Below the pieces are notes generated by a model. It saw only the letters and a program-made list of their open reading frames with translations. It did no database searches and was not told the origin of the DNA. This document shows, piece after piece, positions 1 through 9,630 of a stretch of 32,000 nt of DNA. A program made the position numbers and the translations under genes. This DNA comes from Deinococcus radiodurans R1 = ATCC 13939 = DSM 20539 (GTDB lineage: Bacteria > Deinococcota > Deinococci > Deinococcales > Deinococcaceae). Position 1 is the first letter of the stretch. The number at the start of each line of letters is the position of its first letter. Location of the stretch: the NCBI RefSeq assembly GCF_000008565.1, contig NC_001263.1, forward strand, positions 855,776-887,775, read 5' to 3'.

Positions 1-139
1 GGGAGAGGCGGTCTTGCGGCTGAACGACAAAAATCATGGGCGTGGCGTAGGGCACGTCGAAGGTGAGCGAGAAGCCGGCCCGCACCCTCACGGGCTTTTC
101 AAAAGGGGAATCCTGCCGGGGCGTGTTGGTCATTGTCAT
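1..139 (-). CDS. N-terminal fragment of a probable transglutaminase-like family protein (gene runs off the left edge)
   Basis: Absent from the ORF track because it is open at the window edge. Reverse-strand ATG at 139..137 (second ATG at 133..131) opens MTMTNTPRQDSPFEKPVRVRAGFSLTFDVPYATPMIFVVQPQDRLS with GC3-rich codons. The opening pattern (R-V-x-A-G-x-x-L-x-F-x-x-P-x-x-TP-x-x-F-V-x-Q-P) resembles bacterial transglutaminase-like proteins as I remember them, so the family call is weak. Confidence 0.45.
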   Translation of the reverse strand, partial: MTMTNTPRQDSPFEKPVRVRAGFSLTFDVPYATPMIFVVQPQDRLS

Positions 140-272
140 GGCACAGTTTGCCGCTTGTGGGGGCCCCGTAGGTGTGATGCCTATCCCACAGGGACGATTT
201 TGTCTGGGTCGGGTCTGTTTGAGCCGGCTGCCTAACTGTTCATGCAGCCCCGCGCAGGACCTTGTGTCGGGC

Positions 273-278
273 TAGCCT
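273..278 (+). promoter_or_regulatory. -10 box TAGCCT, 5 nt upstream of the ATG at 284 (leaderless-type promoter)
   Basis: TAnnnT hexamer directly in front of the start codon with no Shine-Dalgarno sequence. The same arrangement recurs at many genes in this window. Confidence 0.45.
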
Positions 279-283
279 GCCCT

Positions 284-2314
<2,031 letters not shown>

Positions 2315-2330
2315 GTGGGCAAAAGGAAAG

Positions 2331-2364
2331 GGCCAGAGCAGTGGCATGTGCTCCGGCCTTTTTT
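2331..2364 (+). terminator. Rho-independent terminator of the YyaL-like gene
   Basis: Stem GGCCAGAGCA (2331-2340) pairs with TGCTCCGGCC (2349-2358), 9/10 pairs, followed by TTTTTT (2359-2364). It lies 17 nt after the stop codon. Confidence 0.8.
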
Positions 2365-2444
2365 GGATTAGAGGGGTGTTCTGGGACTGATTCGCCAATA
2401 GACTTTATGCACCTCGCTGTCTGCCAGTGTGACCCGCAGCCACC

Positions 2445-2548
2445 AGAGCATTTGACAAAATAATGCCCTGCATTTTTGACCCTCTACCTTCATGGGAGAG
2501 GGCCTCGCGCAGCGAGGGGTGAGGGTGTCTTTTGCTGTCAAATGCTCT
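2445..2548. repeat. MITE/SNR-like palindromic intergenic element (~104 bp)
   Basis: Terminal inverted repeats AGAGCATTTGACA (2445-2457) and TGTCAAATGCTCT (2536-2548). Nested internal stems are ACCCTC/GAGGGT, CCCTCT/AGAGGG and CCTCGC/GCGAGG. The left 16-mer AGAGCATTTGACAAAA recurs exactly at 27009-27024. Confidence 0.6.
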
Positions 2549-2760
2549 AGCCCTGCGTTCCGGCAAACACGTCCCGCTGGTCTCTGCCCAGTGGTCCTTC
2601 TGCCTTCCGCCGCCACGTTATGTGCAGTGTTCAGCACCATCAGAGTTAATGCTTCCGTTTCATTCCCGCTTTGCTAAGGCGCTCAAAATCTCATTCTCGC
2701 CAGAAGAAATGCGCCCTCCGACCTCCACCTGTGCAGAGAACGGGGGGCCGAACACTTCAT

Positions 2761-3441
2761 TCAGCGCGTCAGCTCCTGCACCCCGTCCGGCGCGGCCACG
2801 AAGGCCCGCTCGGCCATTCCCAGGAACAACCCGGTGTCCACCACCCCGAGCGTGCCCTTGATGCGGCGTTCCAGTTCGCGGGCGTCAAACTCGGCGGGCA
2901 ACTGCGCGTCGAAGATGTAGTTGCCGTTGTCGGTCACGTAGGGCTGCGCGCCGGGCTGCCGCAGACGGCCACCGGGCAGAAATTCGCGCAGCCGCTCGAT
3001 GGTGGAGAGAAAGCCGAAGGGCACAATCTCGATGGGCAGCGGTGCCTTCTCGCCCAGCCGGGTCACCAGTTTGGTGTGGTCAGCGATGATAATCAGCCGC
3101 TTCGCCTGCACCTCGGTCATCTTCTCGCGCACCAGGGCGCCGCCCAGCCCCTTGACGAGGTCCAGATTGGGCGCAATCTCGTCAGCGCCGTCAATAGCGA
3201 TGTCCAGCGGGCGCGGGTCGAGCGGCTCGGTCGGAATGCCGACCTCGCGCGCCAGTTTTTCGCTCGCCTCGCTGGTGGACACGCCCACGATGCCGCTCAG
3301 CTCGCCCGCCGCTAGCTTGCGTCCTAGTTCTTCAATCGCGTATTTGGCGGTGCTGCCGGTGCCCAGGCCGACCCGCTGCCCGCTCTGGACCAGGGCGACG
3401 GAGCGCAAAGCGGCTTCTTTTTTCAGGGCTTCAAGGTCCAT
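2761..3441 (-). CDS. rpiA: Ribose-5-phosphate isomerase A
   Basis: 226 aa. MDLEALKKEAALRSVALVQSGQRVGLGTGSTAKYAIEELG...IDGADE...KGLGGALVREK are RpiA signature stretches. The start ATG (3441..3439) overlaps the bcp stop (TGATG). Confidence 0.93.
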   Translation of the reverse strand: MDLEALKKEAALRSVALVQSGQRVGLGTGSTAKYAIEELGRKLAAGELSGIVGVSTSEASEKLAREVGIPTEPLDPRPLDIAIDGADEIAPNLDLVKGLGGALVREKMTEVQAKRLIIIADHTKLVTRLGEKAPLPIEIVPFGFLSTIERLREFLPGGRLRQPGAQPYVTDNGNYIFDAQLPAEFDARELERRIKGTLGVVDTGLFLGMAERAFVAAPDGVQELTR

Positions 3442-3968
3442 CAGGCCTGGCCCTTCTTTTGCAGATCCTTGTCAATCGCGGCAGCAACCGCGTCGGCGTG
3501 TCCGTCCACCTGCACCGCCAGCCACGACTTGACGAGTTTGCCGTCGGGGCCGATCAGGAACGTCTGCCGCTTGACGCCCTCGCTGGTCTTGCCGTACATC
3601 GTCTTGGGGCCGTAGCTGCCGATGGCCCGCAAAAATTCGGCATCCGGGTCGCTCAGCAGCGGGAAGGGCAGGCTGTACTTGTCGGCAAACTGCTGGTGGC
3701 TCGCGGCGTCGTCGCGGCTCACGCCCAGGATGACCGCGCCGTGCTGCCGCAGGAGCTGATGGTCGCGGAAATCACAGGCTTCCCTGGTGCAGCCGGGGGT
3801 GTCGTCCTTGGGGTAGACGTACAGCACGACGTATTTGCCGTCGTACTGGCCCAGGCTGTGCAGGTCGCCCGCCGCGTCGGGCAGCGAGAAGTCGGGGAAG
3901 GTGTCGCCGGGCTGGAGGCGCGCCACTTCGGGCTGAGTGTCCGGGCTCTGGGAATCAGAATCGGTCAT
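3441..3968 (-). CDS. bcp: Peroxiredoxin, Bcp type (thiol peroxidase)
   Basis: 175 aa. YVVLYVYPKDDTPGCTREACDFRD contains the peroxidatic Cys motif (PxxxTxxC) of Bcp/PrxQ peroxiredoxins. Confidence 0.9.
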   Translation of the reverse strand: MTDSDSQSPDTQPEVARLQPGDTFPDFSLPDAAGDLHSLGQYDGKYVVLYVYPKDDTPGCTREACDFRDHQLLRQHGAVILGVSRDDAASHQQFADKYSLPFPLLSDPDAEFLRAIGSYGPKTMYGKTSEGVKRQTFLIGPDGKLVKSWLAVQVDGHADAVAAAIDKDLQKKGQA

Positions 3969-3985
3969 GGCTACAGGGTAAACGC

Positions 3986-4405
3986 TCAGGACTTGGGATA
4001 CAGCACGGCCTGGGTGCAGCGGAACAGCGCCATCACGTTGCCCTGCTCGTTGCGGACCTCGGCATCCCAGACCTGGGTGGTGCGCCCGGCGTGCACGGCG
4101 CGGGCTTCACAGGTCACGACGCCCTGGCGCGAGGTGCCCAGGTGATTGCTCTTGAGTTCGATGGTGGTGAACCCGGTCGCCTCGTCGGGCAGCAGCACGC
4201 GGGTGCCGTAACCGCAGGTCGTATCTGCGAGCGCCACCACCGACGCCGCGTGCAGGTAGCCGTTTGGCGCGAACAGTTCGGGCCGCACCGTCAGCTCGGA
4301 GCGCAGCAGCCCGCGCTCAATGTGGGTAAATCGGATGCCGACCATGCCGGGCAAAAAGCCCTCGCCGCGCTCGTTCAGTTCTTCAAGGGTGGGAAGGGGA
4401 CGCAT
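3986..4405 (-). CDS. PaaI/YbdB-type hotdog-fold acyl-CoA thioesterase
   Basis: 139 aa. The N-terminal LNERGEGFLPGMVGIRFTHIE...NGYLHAASVVALADTTCGY pattern is typical of PaaI-family thioesterases. Confidence 0.8.
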   Translation of the reverse strand: MRPLPTLEELNERGEGFLPGMVGIRFTHIERGLLRSELTVRPELFAPNGYLHAASVVALADTTCGYGTRVLLPDEATGFTTIELKSNHLGTSRQGVVTCEARAVHAGRTTQVWDAEVRNEQGNVMALFRCTQAVLYPKS

Positions 4406-4465
4406 GGGGCCACTGTAGAGGGTCGGGCGGCCTCTCGGCTCGCCTCGCTCTACACCTCCCCGGCC

Positions 4466-5593
4466 TCACGGCCAGAGCTTGCCCATCCACCCCGCCGGGT
4501 TGGTGCCTTCGCCGCGCACCCGGACTTCGAGGTGCAGGTGCGGCCCGGCACTCAGGCCGGTGCTGCCGACCTCGCCCACCTTCTGCCCACGCTTAATCTG
4601 CTGCCCCACCTTCGCCGTCACTTTGCTCTGGTGGAAGTACAGGCTGACCACCCCGGCCCCGTGGTCGATGACGACCAAGCCGCCGCGCACCGGGTAGCGG
4701 CCCGCGATGACCACCGTGCCGTCGTTGATGGCGAGCACCGCTGTGCCGCTGCGGGCGGGGTAGTCGGTGCCGTAGTGGTAGGCGACCTTGCCGCCCGCAA
4801 CGTAGGTGCGCGGCTGCCCAAAAGAGCTGCTCGTGGCTTTACCGCTCGCGAGCGCGGAGGCGAAGGGCTGCTGCCACTGCTGCGGCGTGCGGCGCTGGTA
4901 CGCCTGTTCCACGGCAGCGTCCTCGGCTTCGCGCGCGGGGTCTTGCAGCACTTTGCTGATGCTCGGCGGCAGGTTGAGGTGCTGCACCCGCTGCCCGAGG
5001 TCGCCCACCGGAATCTGTCCGCGCACCACGTCGCCGCCCAGCCGCACCTCGTAGATCACCGGGGTGGTCTTGCCGAGCACCACCCGGCCCGGCACGATGT
5101 ACTGCCCGCTGCTCCACAGGGGCCGCAGTTCCTCGTTGGGCTGCCGCACGTCCTCGCCGAGTTCACTGGGAAAGCGCACCGTCACGTTCGCCGCCTGCTC
5201 GCCGCTCAGCCGCAGCGCGAAACCGTCGCCCATCTTCAGGGCCTTGGGGGCCGTAATCGTCACGCCGGGCAGCTTGAGCACGTTGGCCGCCGTCGCCACG
5301 GTGGGCAGCTTGGTGGGCACGGCAGGGGCTGGTGCGGGGGCCGCCGGAGCCGGGGTTGCCGGTGTGGGGGCTGCGGGTGCTGGCGTGGCCGGAGTCGCCG
5401 CTCCCTCGCCCGGCAATTTGATGACCTGCCCCACCCGCAGTTCAGGGGTGCTCAGGCCGTTGAGCCGCATCAGGGCGTCCACCGTTAGGCCACTGCCCCG
5501 GGCCAGCGAGTAGAGGGTGTCGCCTTTTTTGACGGTGTACGCCCCGGCCACGCCCGAGAGCAGGGCGGCGAGCAGCAAAAAACGGGCCTTCAT
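4466..5593 (-). CDS. Secreted LysM-domain / M23 family metallopeptidase
   Basis: Signal peptide [18 protein letters not shown] from the ATG at 5593..5591. LysM segment [30 protein letters not shown] Pro/Ala/Thr linker follows. C-terminal M23 motifs are [14 protein letters not shown] and GPHLHLEVR. The 56 codons upstream in the track ORF are Ala/Arg-rich and non-coding-like. Confidence 0.9.
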   Translation of the reverse strand: MKARFLLLAALLSGVAGAYTVKKGDTLYSLARGSGLTVDALMRLNGLSTPELRVGQVIKLPGEGAATPATPAPAAPTPATPAPAAPAPAPAVPTKLPTVATAANVLKLPGVTITAPKALKMGDGFALRLSGEQAANVTVRFPSELGEDVRQPNEELRPLWSSGQYIVPGRVVLGKTTPVIYEVRLGGDVVRGQIPVGDLGQRVQHLNLPPSISKVLQDPAREAEDAAVEQAYQRRTPQQWQQPFASALASGKATSSSFGQPRTYVAGGKVAYHYGTDYPARSGTAVLAINDGTVVIAGRYPVRGGLVVIDHGAGVVSLYFHQSKVTAKVGQQIKRGQKVGEVGSTGLSAGPHLHLEVRVRGEGTNPAGWMGKLWP

Positions 5594-6123
5594 GTGCCCG
5601 AGGATAGGGGCTGTGCGGGTGAGAATCCCGACCCGGCGGGCTTGACCACGAAGCCGTGCAGCGGCGGCAGCGTCCGAAAGGCCACCCAGTCGCCGGGCTG
5701 CGCGGACGGCAGCGGCCCGAAGTCGGCCAGCACCAGCGGCAGCCGCGCCTGCACCACCCACACCCGACGCGACGCCTGCACGATCTGCCCGCGGCCCGTG
5801 ACCGCCGAAACGCCCTGCACGGTCAGGCTTTCCCCAGCGTCTCCGGCATCTGGCCCCAGCACCTCAGTTTCGCTCAGGTCGAGCAGGCCATGCACCACCA
5901 CCCGCGCCGGACCGGGCCGCGCCGCGTAGGGGCCGCAGCGGTCGAAGAGGTACAGCACCCGCCCCCCACTCAGAAATTCCAGCAGCGGGCTGCCCTCGGT
6001 CTGCGGGTAAAGCTCGCCCTCGGCAGCGTAGGCGGCGTAGCGGTGGGCGAACTCGGCCTCGGAAGTTTCCAGCGTGCGGTCCTGCGTCAAGCGGCGGCGC
6101 TCCGGGAGAAGGCGGGGAGGCAA
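5590..6123 (-). CDS. Hypothetical protein (about 165-177 aa, start uncertain)
   Basis: GC3-rich ORF with no internal Met. Candidate starts are TTG at 6123 or a downstream TTG preceded by GGAG. Its stop overlaps the M23 start in an ATGA arrangement (5593..5590). I recognise no domain. Confidence 0.6.
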   Translation of the reverse strand: MPPRLLPERRRLTQDRTLETSEAEFAHRYAAYAAEGELYPQTEGSPLLEFLSGGRVLYLFDRCGPYAARPGPARVVVHGLLDLSETEVLGPDAGDAGESLTVQGVSAVTGRGQIVQASRRVWVVQARLPLVLADFGPLPSAQPGDWVAFRTLPPLHGFVVKPAGSGFSPAQPLSSGT

Positions 6124-6141
6124 AGAGGCATGAGGGACAGT

Positions 6142-6459
6142 TTAAGGGCTCGCCGCCCCAGCCCGCGCTTCGAGGTCGTCGAGCGTCGGCAGCTCGGCAC
6201 CCAGGGCGAGCAGCGCCGCGTCCGAGCGTTCCAGGGCAAAGGTGCCTTCCACCTCGCGCAGCACGTGGATGGACACCAGGCCGTAGAGCCGTTCCAGCCG
6301 CGCCCAAGCCAGGCTGCCGGGGGCTTCGGCGTCACGGGCACGGGCGAGCAGCGTGCGGGCGTGATGCTCGTCGCCGTCCACGAAGGCCCGCGCCGCGTCC
6401 GCCGGAATCCATGCCAGACGCTCAGGCGGGCCGTCGGCGTTCAGGTCAGCGTCCGCCAC
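6142..6459 (-). CDS. Hypothetical small protein (~105 aa)
   Basis: This is the C-terminal part of track ORF 6142..7041. It has strongly GC3-biased, genome-typical codons (CTG, GAC, GCC). The first plausible in-frame start is GTG at 6459..6457, overlapping the UbiA stop by 19 nt. Upstream of that point the frame is antisense-like garbage inside ubiA. Confidence 0.5.
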   Translation of the reverse strand: MADADLNADGPPERLAWIPADAARAFVDGDEHHARTLLARARDAEAPGSLAWARLERLYGLVSIHVLREVEGTFALERSDAALLALGAELPTLDDLEARAGAASP

Positions 6460-7382
6460 GTCACGTCCATCACGACCCCCAGCAGCATGGTGATCGCCAG
6501 CCACATGTTCGCGTCGAAAAAAGCCACGTTGACCCGGCCCAAATCCTGCGGGTCCACGATGCGGTGCTCGAACAGCAAGATGGCGCCCATGACCAGCGCG
6601 GCGAGGTAATACCAGACGCTCGCGCCCGCCAGCACACCGACGAGCAGCAGCAGCCCGAACGTCAGAACGTGGCTCACCGCCGCGATGTTGAGCGCCGCCG
6701 GAATCCCGAAGCGTGCCGGAATGCTCTTCACGCCGTTCGCCCGGTCGAAGGCGTAGTCCATCGTGGCGTAGATGGTGTCCAGGCCGATCATCCAGAAAAC
6801 CACGGTGGCCCACAGCGCCCAGGCGACCGGCGAGAAGTGCCCGGTGACCGCGATCCAGCCGCCCGCCGCCGCCGCCCCGTCGGTCACGCCCAGCCAGGCG
6901 TGGCACAGCCAGGTAAAGCGCTTGGTGTACGGGTAGCCGATCAGAAAGAGCAGCGCCAGCGGCAGCAGCGCCACGCACAGCGGGTTGAGCTGCCACGCGG
7001 CGAACAGCAGCACCGCCACGCTCACCGCCACCAGCCCCCACGCCTGCGCCGGACTGACCTTGCCACTCGGCACTTCGCGGCCCGCCGTGCGGGGGTTGCG
7101 GGCGTCAATAGCGCGGTCAATGACGCGGTTGGCCGCCATCGCCGCCGTGCGGGCCGCCGCCATCGCCACCGTGACCCAAATCAGGGTGTGCCAGCCAGGC
7201 CAGCCGGTGCCGTTCTGGGCCATGCTCGCCAGCAGCATCCCCGCGTAGGCAAAGGGCAGCGCGAACACTGTGTGCTCGAACTTCACGAGTTCCAGATAGG
7301 TCTTGACCTGTGTTCCACTCCGGGCAGCCGCACTCACAACCGCCCAGGATAGCGCGTCGCTGCCCAGATAAAAGAGCAACAC
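6441..7382 (-). CDS. UbiA-family aromatic prenyltransferase (4-hydroxybenzoate polyprenyltransferase-like, possibly menaquinone/futalosine-pathway)
   Basis: 313 aa polytopic membrane protein. [23 protein letters not shown]...[27 protein letters not shown] contains the UbiA NxxxD/Asp-rich motif context. The start is GTG at 7382. A shorter N-terminus is possible. Confidence 0.85.
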   Translation of the reverse strand: MLLFYLGSDALSWAVVSAAARSGTQVKTYLELVKFEHTVFALPFAYAGMLLASMAQNGTGWPGWHTLIWVTVAMAAARTAAMAANRVIDRAIDARNPRTAGREVPSGKVSPAQAWGLVAVSVAVLLFAAWQLNPLCVALLPLALLFLIGYPYTKRFTWLCHAWLGVTDGAAAAGGWIAVTGHFSPVAWALWATVVFWMIGLDTIYATMDYAFDRANGVKSIPARFGIPAALNIAAVSHVLTFGLLLLVGVLAGASVWYYLAALVMGAILLFEHRIVDPQDLGRVNVAFFDANMWLAITMLLGVVMDVTWRTLT

Positions 7383-7544
7383 ACACCGAAAAAGGCGCCC
7401 AGAGTTTGACGCTCAGATGAGCAGATTCATCAGGCTGGTTCAGGGCGGAGGCGCGGCGCTGGGCGCGATAAAAGCCCCCTTTTCTGCTATCCTGTAGGAC
7501 GCTGAAAGCGGAGGAAAAGCAGTTGCCTCTTTCGCCTAAGCTCG

Positions 7545-7896
<352 letters not shown>

Positions 7897-7902
7897 TTTG
7901 GC

Positions 7903-7927
7903 CCCTGCCCACCCGGCAGGGTTTTTT
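7903..7927 (+). terminator. Rho-independent terminator after tmRNA
   Basis: CCCTGCC (7903-7909) pairs with GGCAGGG (7915-7921), followed by TTTTTT (7922-7927). Confidence 0.8.
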
Positions 7928-7949
7928 ATATACTCATGCCTGCCTTCTC

Positions 7950-8034
7950 GTCGGGATGGCGGAATCGGTAGACGCATTCGACTTAAAATCGACCGAGGCA
8001 ACTCGTGCGGGTTCAAGTCCCGTTCCCGGCACCA
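7950..8034 (+). tRNA. tRNA-Leu (anticodon UAA), class II with long variable arm
   Basis: Acceptor GTCGGGA/TCCCGGC. D arm GCGGAATCGGTAGACGC. Anticodon loop CTTAAAA. Long variable arm CCGAGGCAACTCGTGCGG. T arm GGGTTCAAGTCCC. Encoded CCA. Total 85 nt. Confidence 0.93.
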
Positions 8035-8042
8035 ACAAAAAG

Positions 8043-8067
8043 GCCCCTGCGGCGGCGGGGGCTTTTT
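8043..8067 (+). terminator. Rho-independent terminator after tRNA-Leu
   Basis: GCCCC (8043-8047) pairs with GGGGC (8058-8062), followed by TTTTT (8063-8067). Confidence 0.7.
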
Positions 8068-8094
8068 CGTCGGTGCTCGCGGTGAGGGCGGAGG

Positions 8095-8211
8095 TCACTC
8101 TTCCCAGCGCAGTGGCTCATGGCGGCGGGTCAGGAAGACGGCGAGCAGCAAGCCGAGCACGGCGGCATTGAAGCCCAGCCACGAAATGAGGGCAGTCGAG
8201 ATGTATTCCAT
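8095..8211 (-). CDS. Candidate 38-aa single-pass membrane micro-protein
   Basis: Below the ORF-track size cutoff. ATG at 8211..8209 gives MEYISTALISWLGFNAAVLGLLLAVFLTRRHEPLRWEE then stop (TGA at 8097..8095). Third positions are GC-rich. It has a hydrophobic core followed by a positively charged tail. A TATGCT -10 box lies 12 nt upstream (8229..8224). Confidence 0.4.
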   Translation of the reverse strand: MEYISTALISWLGFNAAVLGLLLAVFLTRRHEPLRWEE

Positions 8212-8286
8212 TGGGGTCTACGCAGCATAGCTTTAGAATCCCAATAAAGCAATCAGTTTGGCGTCAGTTTCGGTAAGGCGGAACAC

Positions 8287-8319
8287 AAAAAAAGCGCCTC
8301 CACCGGCGAGGCAGAGGCG
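8287..8319 (-). terminator. Rho-independent terminator of mglA
   Basis: On the minus strand, CGCCTC (8319..8314) pairs with GAGGCG (8300..8295), followed by TTTTTTT (8293..8287). It lies 20 nt after the mglA stop. Confidence 0.8.
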
Positions 8320-8338
8320 TAGTAAGCGGGCGGAAGCG

Positions 8339-8929
8339 TCAGCGGTTGCGCGACAGCTTTTCCAGCACCAGGCGGCTGGTGGCCTTGAGCGTCTCGAACA
8401 CGCCCGTGCCCTTGGAAGCGACGGCCTCGTAGGTCGGGTACCGCCTCTGGGGGTCGATGACGGCGCGGATCATGTCGGCGGGCAGGGCATCGGGCAGGTC
8501 GCGCTTGTTGATCTGAATCACAATCGGCACGTCGTTGATGTCGATGCCGTGTTCGGCGAGGTTCTCGCGCAGGTTACGCATGCTCTCGGCGTTGGCACGC
8601 AGGCGGCCCGGTGCCGAGTCGGCTACGAAAATGATGCCGTCTACGCCGCGCAAAATCAGCTTGCGGCTGGCGTTGTAAAAGACCTGTCCCGGCACGGTGT
8701 AGAGGTGAAAGCGGGTCTTGAAGCCCTGCACCGTGCCGAGGTCAAGGGGCAGAAAGTCGAAAAAGAGCGTGCGTTCGTCCTCGGTCGCCAGCGACACCAT
8801 CTCGCCGCGCAGGTGGCCGGGTACTTTGCCGAACACATGCTTGAGATTGGTGGTTTTGCCGCACATACCGGGGCCGTAGTACACGATTTTGCAGTTGATC
8901 TCACGGGCAGCGAAGTTGATGGTACTCAC
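8339..8929 (-). CDS. mglA: Ras-like small GTPase MglA
   Basis: 196 aa. [28 protein letters not shown] (P-loop), [55 protein letters not shown]. It is near-identical in pattern to Thermus/Myxococcus MglA as I recall them. GTG start at 8929 with GGAGG 5 nt upstream. Confidence 0.93.
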   Translation of the reverse strand: MSTINFAAREINCKIVYYGPGMCGKTTNLKHVFGKVPGHLRGEMVSLATEDERTLFFDFLPLDLGTVQGFKTRFHLYTVPGQVFYNASRKLILRGVDGIIFVADSAPGRLRANAESMRNLRENLAEHGIDINDVPIVIQINKRDLPDALPADMIRAVIDPQRRYPTYEAVASKGTGVFETLKATSRLVLEKLSRNR

Positions 8930-9044
8930 GTGACCTCCGGGAAAAGAAGCTGGGCGGGGGCCTCAGCGCAGGGGAAAAGCAGGAAGGGAGACAGGACCGG
9001 GCCGCAGGGCGCTTGGCCGACCAGATGTTCAGCCCAGCAAGAAC

Positions 9045-9530
9045 TCAGCCGAGCAGGTCGTCAAGCAGAGCGGTGGCCCCCTGGCTGAAGTCCGCGCCGA
9101 GTTCGGGCTCGGGCAGGTCGCGCACTTCGTCGAGAATGGGTTCGAGTTTGCCGATGGTCTTGCGGGCGTACACCTTGACCTTGCCCAGCGCCACGCTGGC
9201 ATCGAAAATCAGCGTCAGCAGGGCGTCACTGCCCACCGATTCGACGTACAGCGTGCCGTTTTCTCCCTGGTGGGTCTGCTCCGCGAAGGTGGGCTCGCCT
9301 AGCATGTTCGCCAGCGCCGTGGTGGCGGCGGCGTTGCTGGCGACCAGCGTGGCGACCGAGTCCAGCGCGGGGGGGCGAGGCGCCCACAGGGCTTCTTTGT
9401 GCGACAGCACGAAGCCCTTGCGGTCCACCAGCAGGCAGTAGCGCACGCCGGTGGCGCCGAGCAGCTCTTCCAGATGCTGGTCGACCCGGGCGAACGCTTC
9501 GCCGTACAGGGCAAGTGAAGGTTCAATCAT
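9045..9530 (-). CDS. mglB: Roadblock/LC7-domain protein MglB (GAP of MglA)
   Basis: 161 aa from the ATG at 9530. [17 protein letters not shown]...[20 protein letters not shown]...[12 protein letters not shown]...ALLTLIFD is a Roadblock/LC7 pattern. It lies immediately upstream of mglA on the same strand. The 24 N-terminal codons of the track ORF are discarded. Confidence 0.85.
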   Translation of the reverse strand: MIEPSLALYGEAFARVDQHLEELLGATGVRYCLLVDRKGFVLSHKEALWAPRPPALDSVATLVASNAAATTALANMLGEPTFAEQTHQGENGTLYVESVGSDALLTLIFDASVALGKVKVYARKTIGKLEPILDEVRDLPEPELGADFSQGATALLDDLLG

Positions 9531-9540
9531 GTCGCCGCGC

Positions 9541-9546
9541 AGTATA
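9541..9546 (-). promoter_or_regulatory. -10 box TATACT for mglB-mglA
   Basis: Minus-strand TATACT lies 10 nt upstream of the mglB ATG, with no SD in between. Confidence 0.45.
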
Positions 9547-9612
9547 AGGAGCGCTCTGGCACAAAGCTCTGACGGCCCCGTTCCGTGCGTGCCGCGCGGC
9601 ATTCGCGCCCGC

Positions 9613-9618
9613 TATGCT
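9613..9618 (+). promoter_or_regulatory. -10 box TATGCT for the divergent AMIN-like/glycosidase gene
   Basis: TATGCT lies 6 nt before GTG 9625 and 12 nt before ATG 9631. Confidence 0.45.
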
Positions 9619-9630
9619 CCCCACGTGAAG

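Noticed and set aside
2532-2861. 109-aa ORF (and neighbours 2492..2677 and 2368..2640) in the long intergenic region upstream of rpiA's 3' end
   Set aside because: They start inside the palindromic repeat element or run antisense into rpiA. They have poor codon bias and no start signals. The region is better explained as repeat or non-coding DNA.
4411-4455. Inverted repeat TGTAGAG...CTCTACA between the M23 peptidase and the PaaI gene, considered as a terminator
   Set aside because: There is no U-tract, and the flanking genes appear co-oriented in one operon. It may be an mRNA-stabilising or REP-like hairpin, but the evidence is too thin to call.
4091-5488. 465-aa ORF on the plus strand across the PaaI and M23 peptidase genes
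   Set aside because: It is antisense to two well-supported genes. Its composition (runs of R, G, A, H) is typical of out-of-frame GC-rich translation, and it has no start context.
9451-9630. Upstream 60 codons of the AMIN-like/glycosidase ORF overlapping mglB on the other strand
   Set aside because: The signal peptide starts at ATG 9631, and the -10 box lies at 9613. The upstream part is antisense to the mglB N-terminus and is not protein-like.
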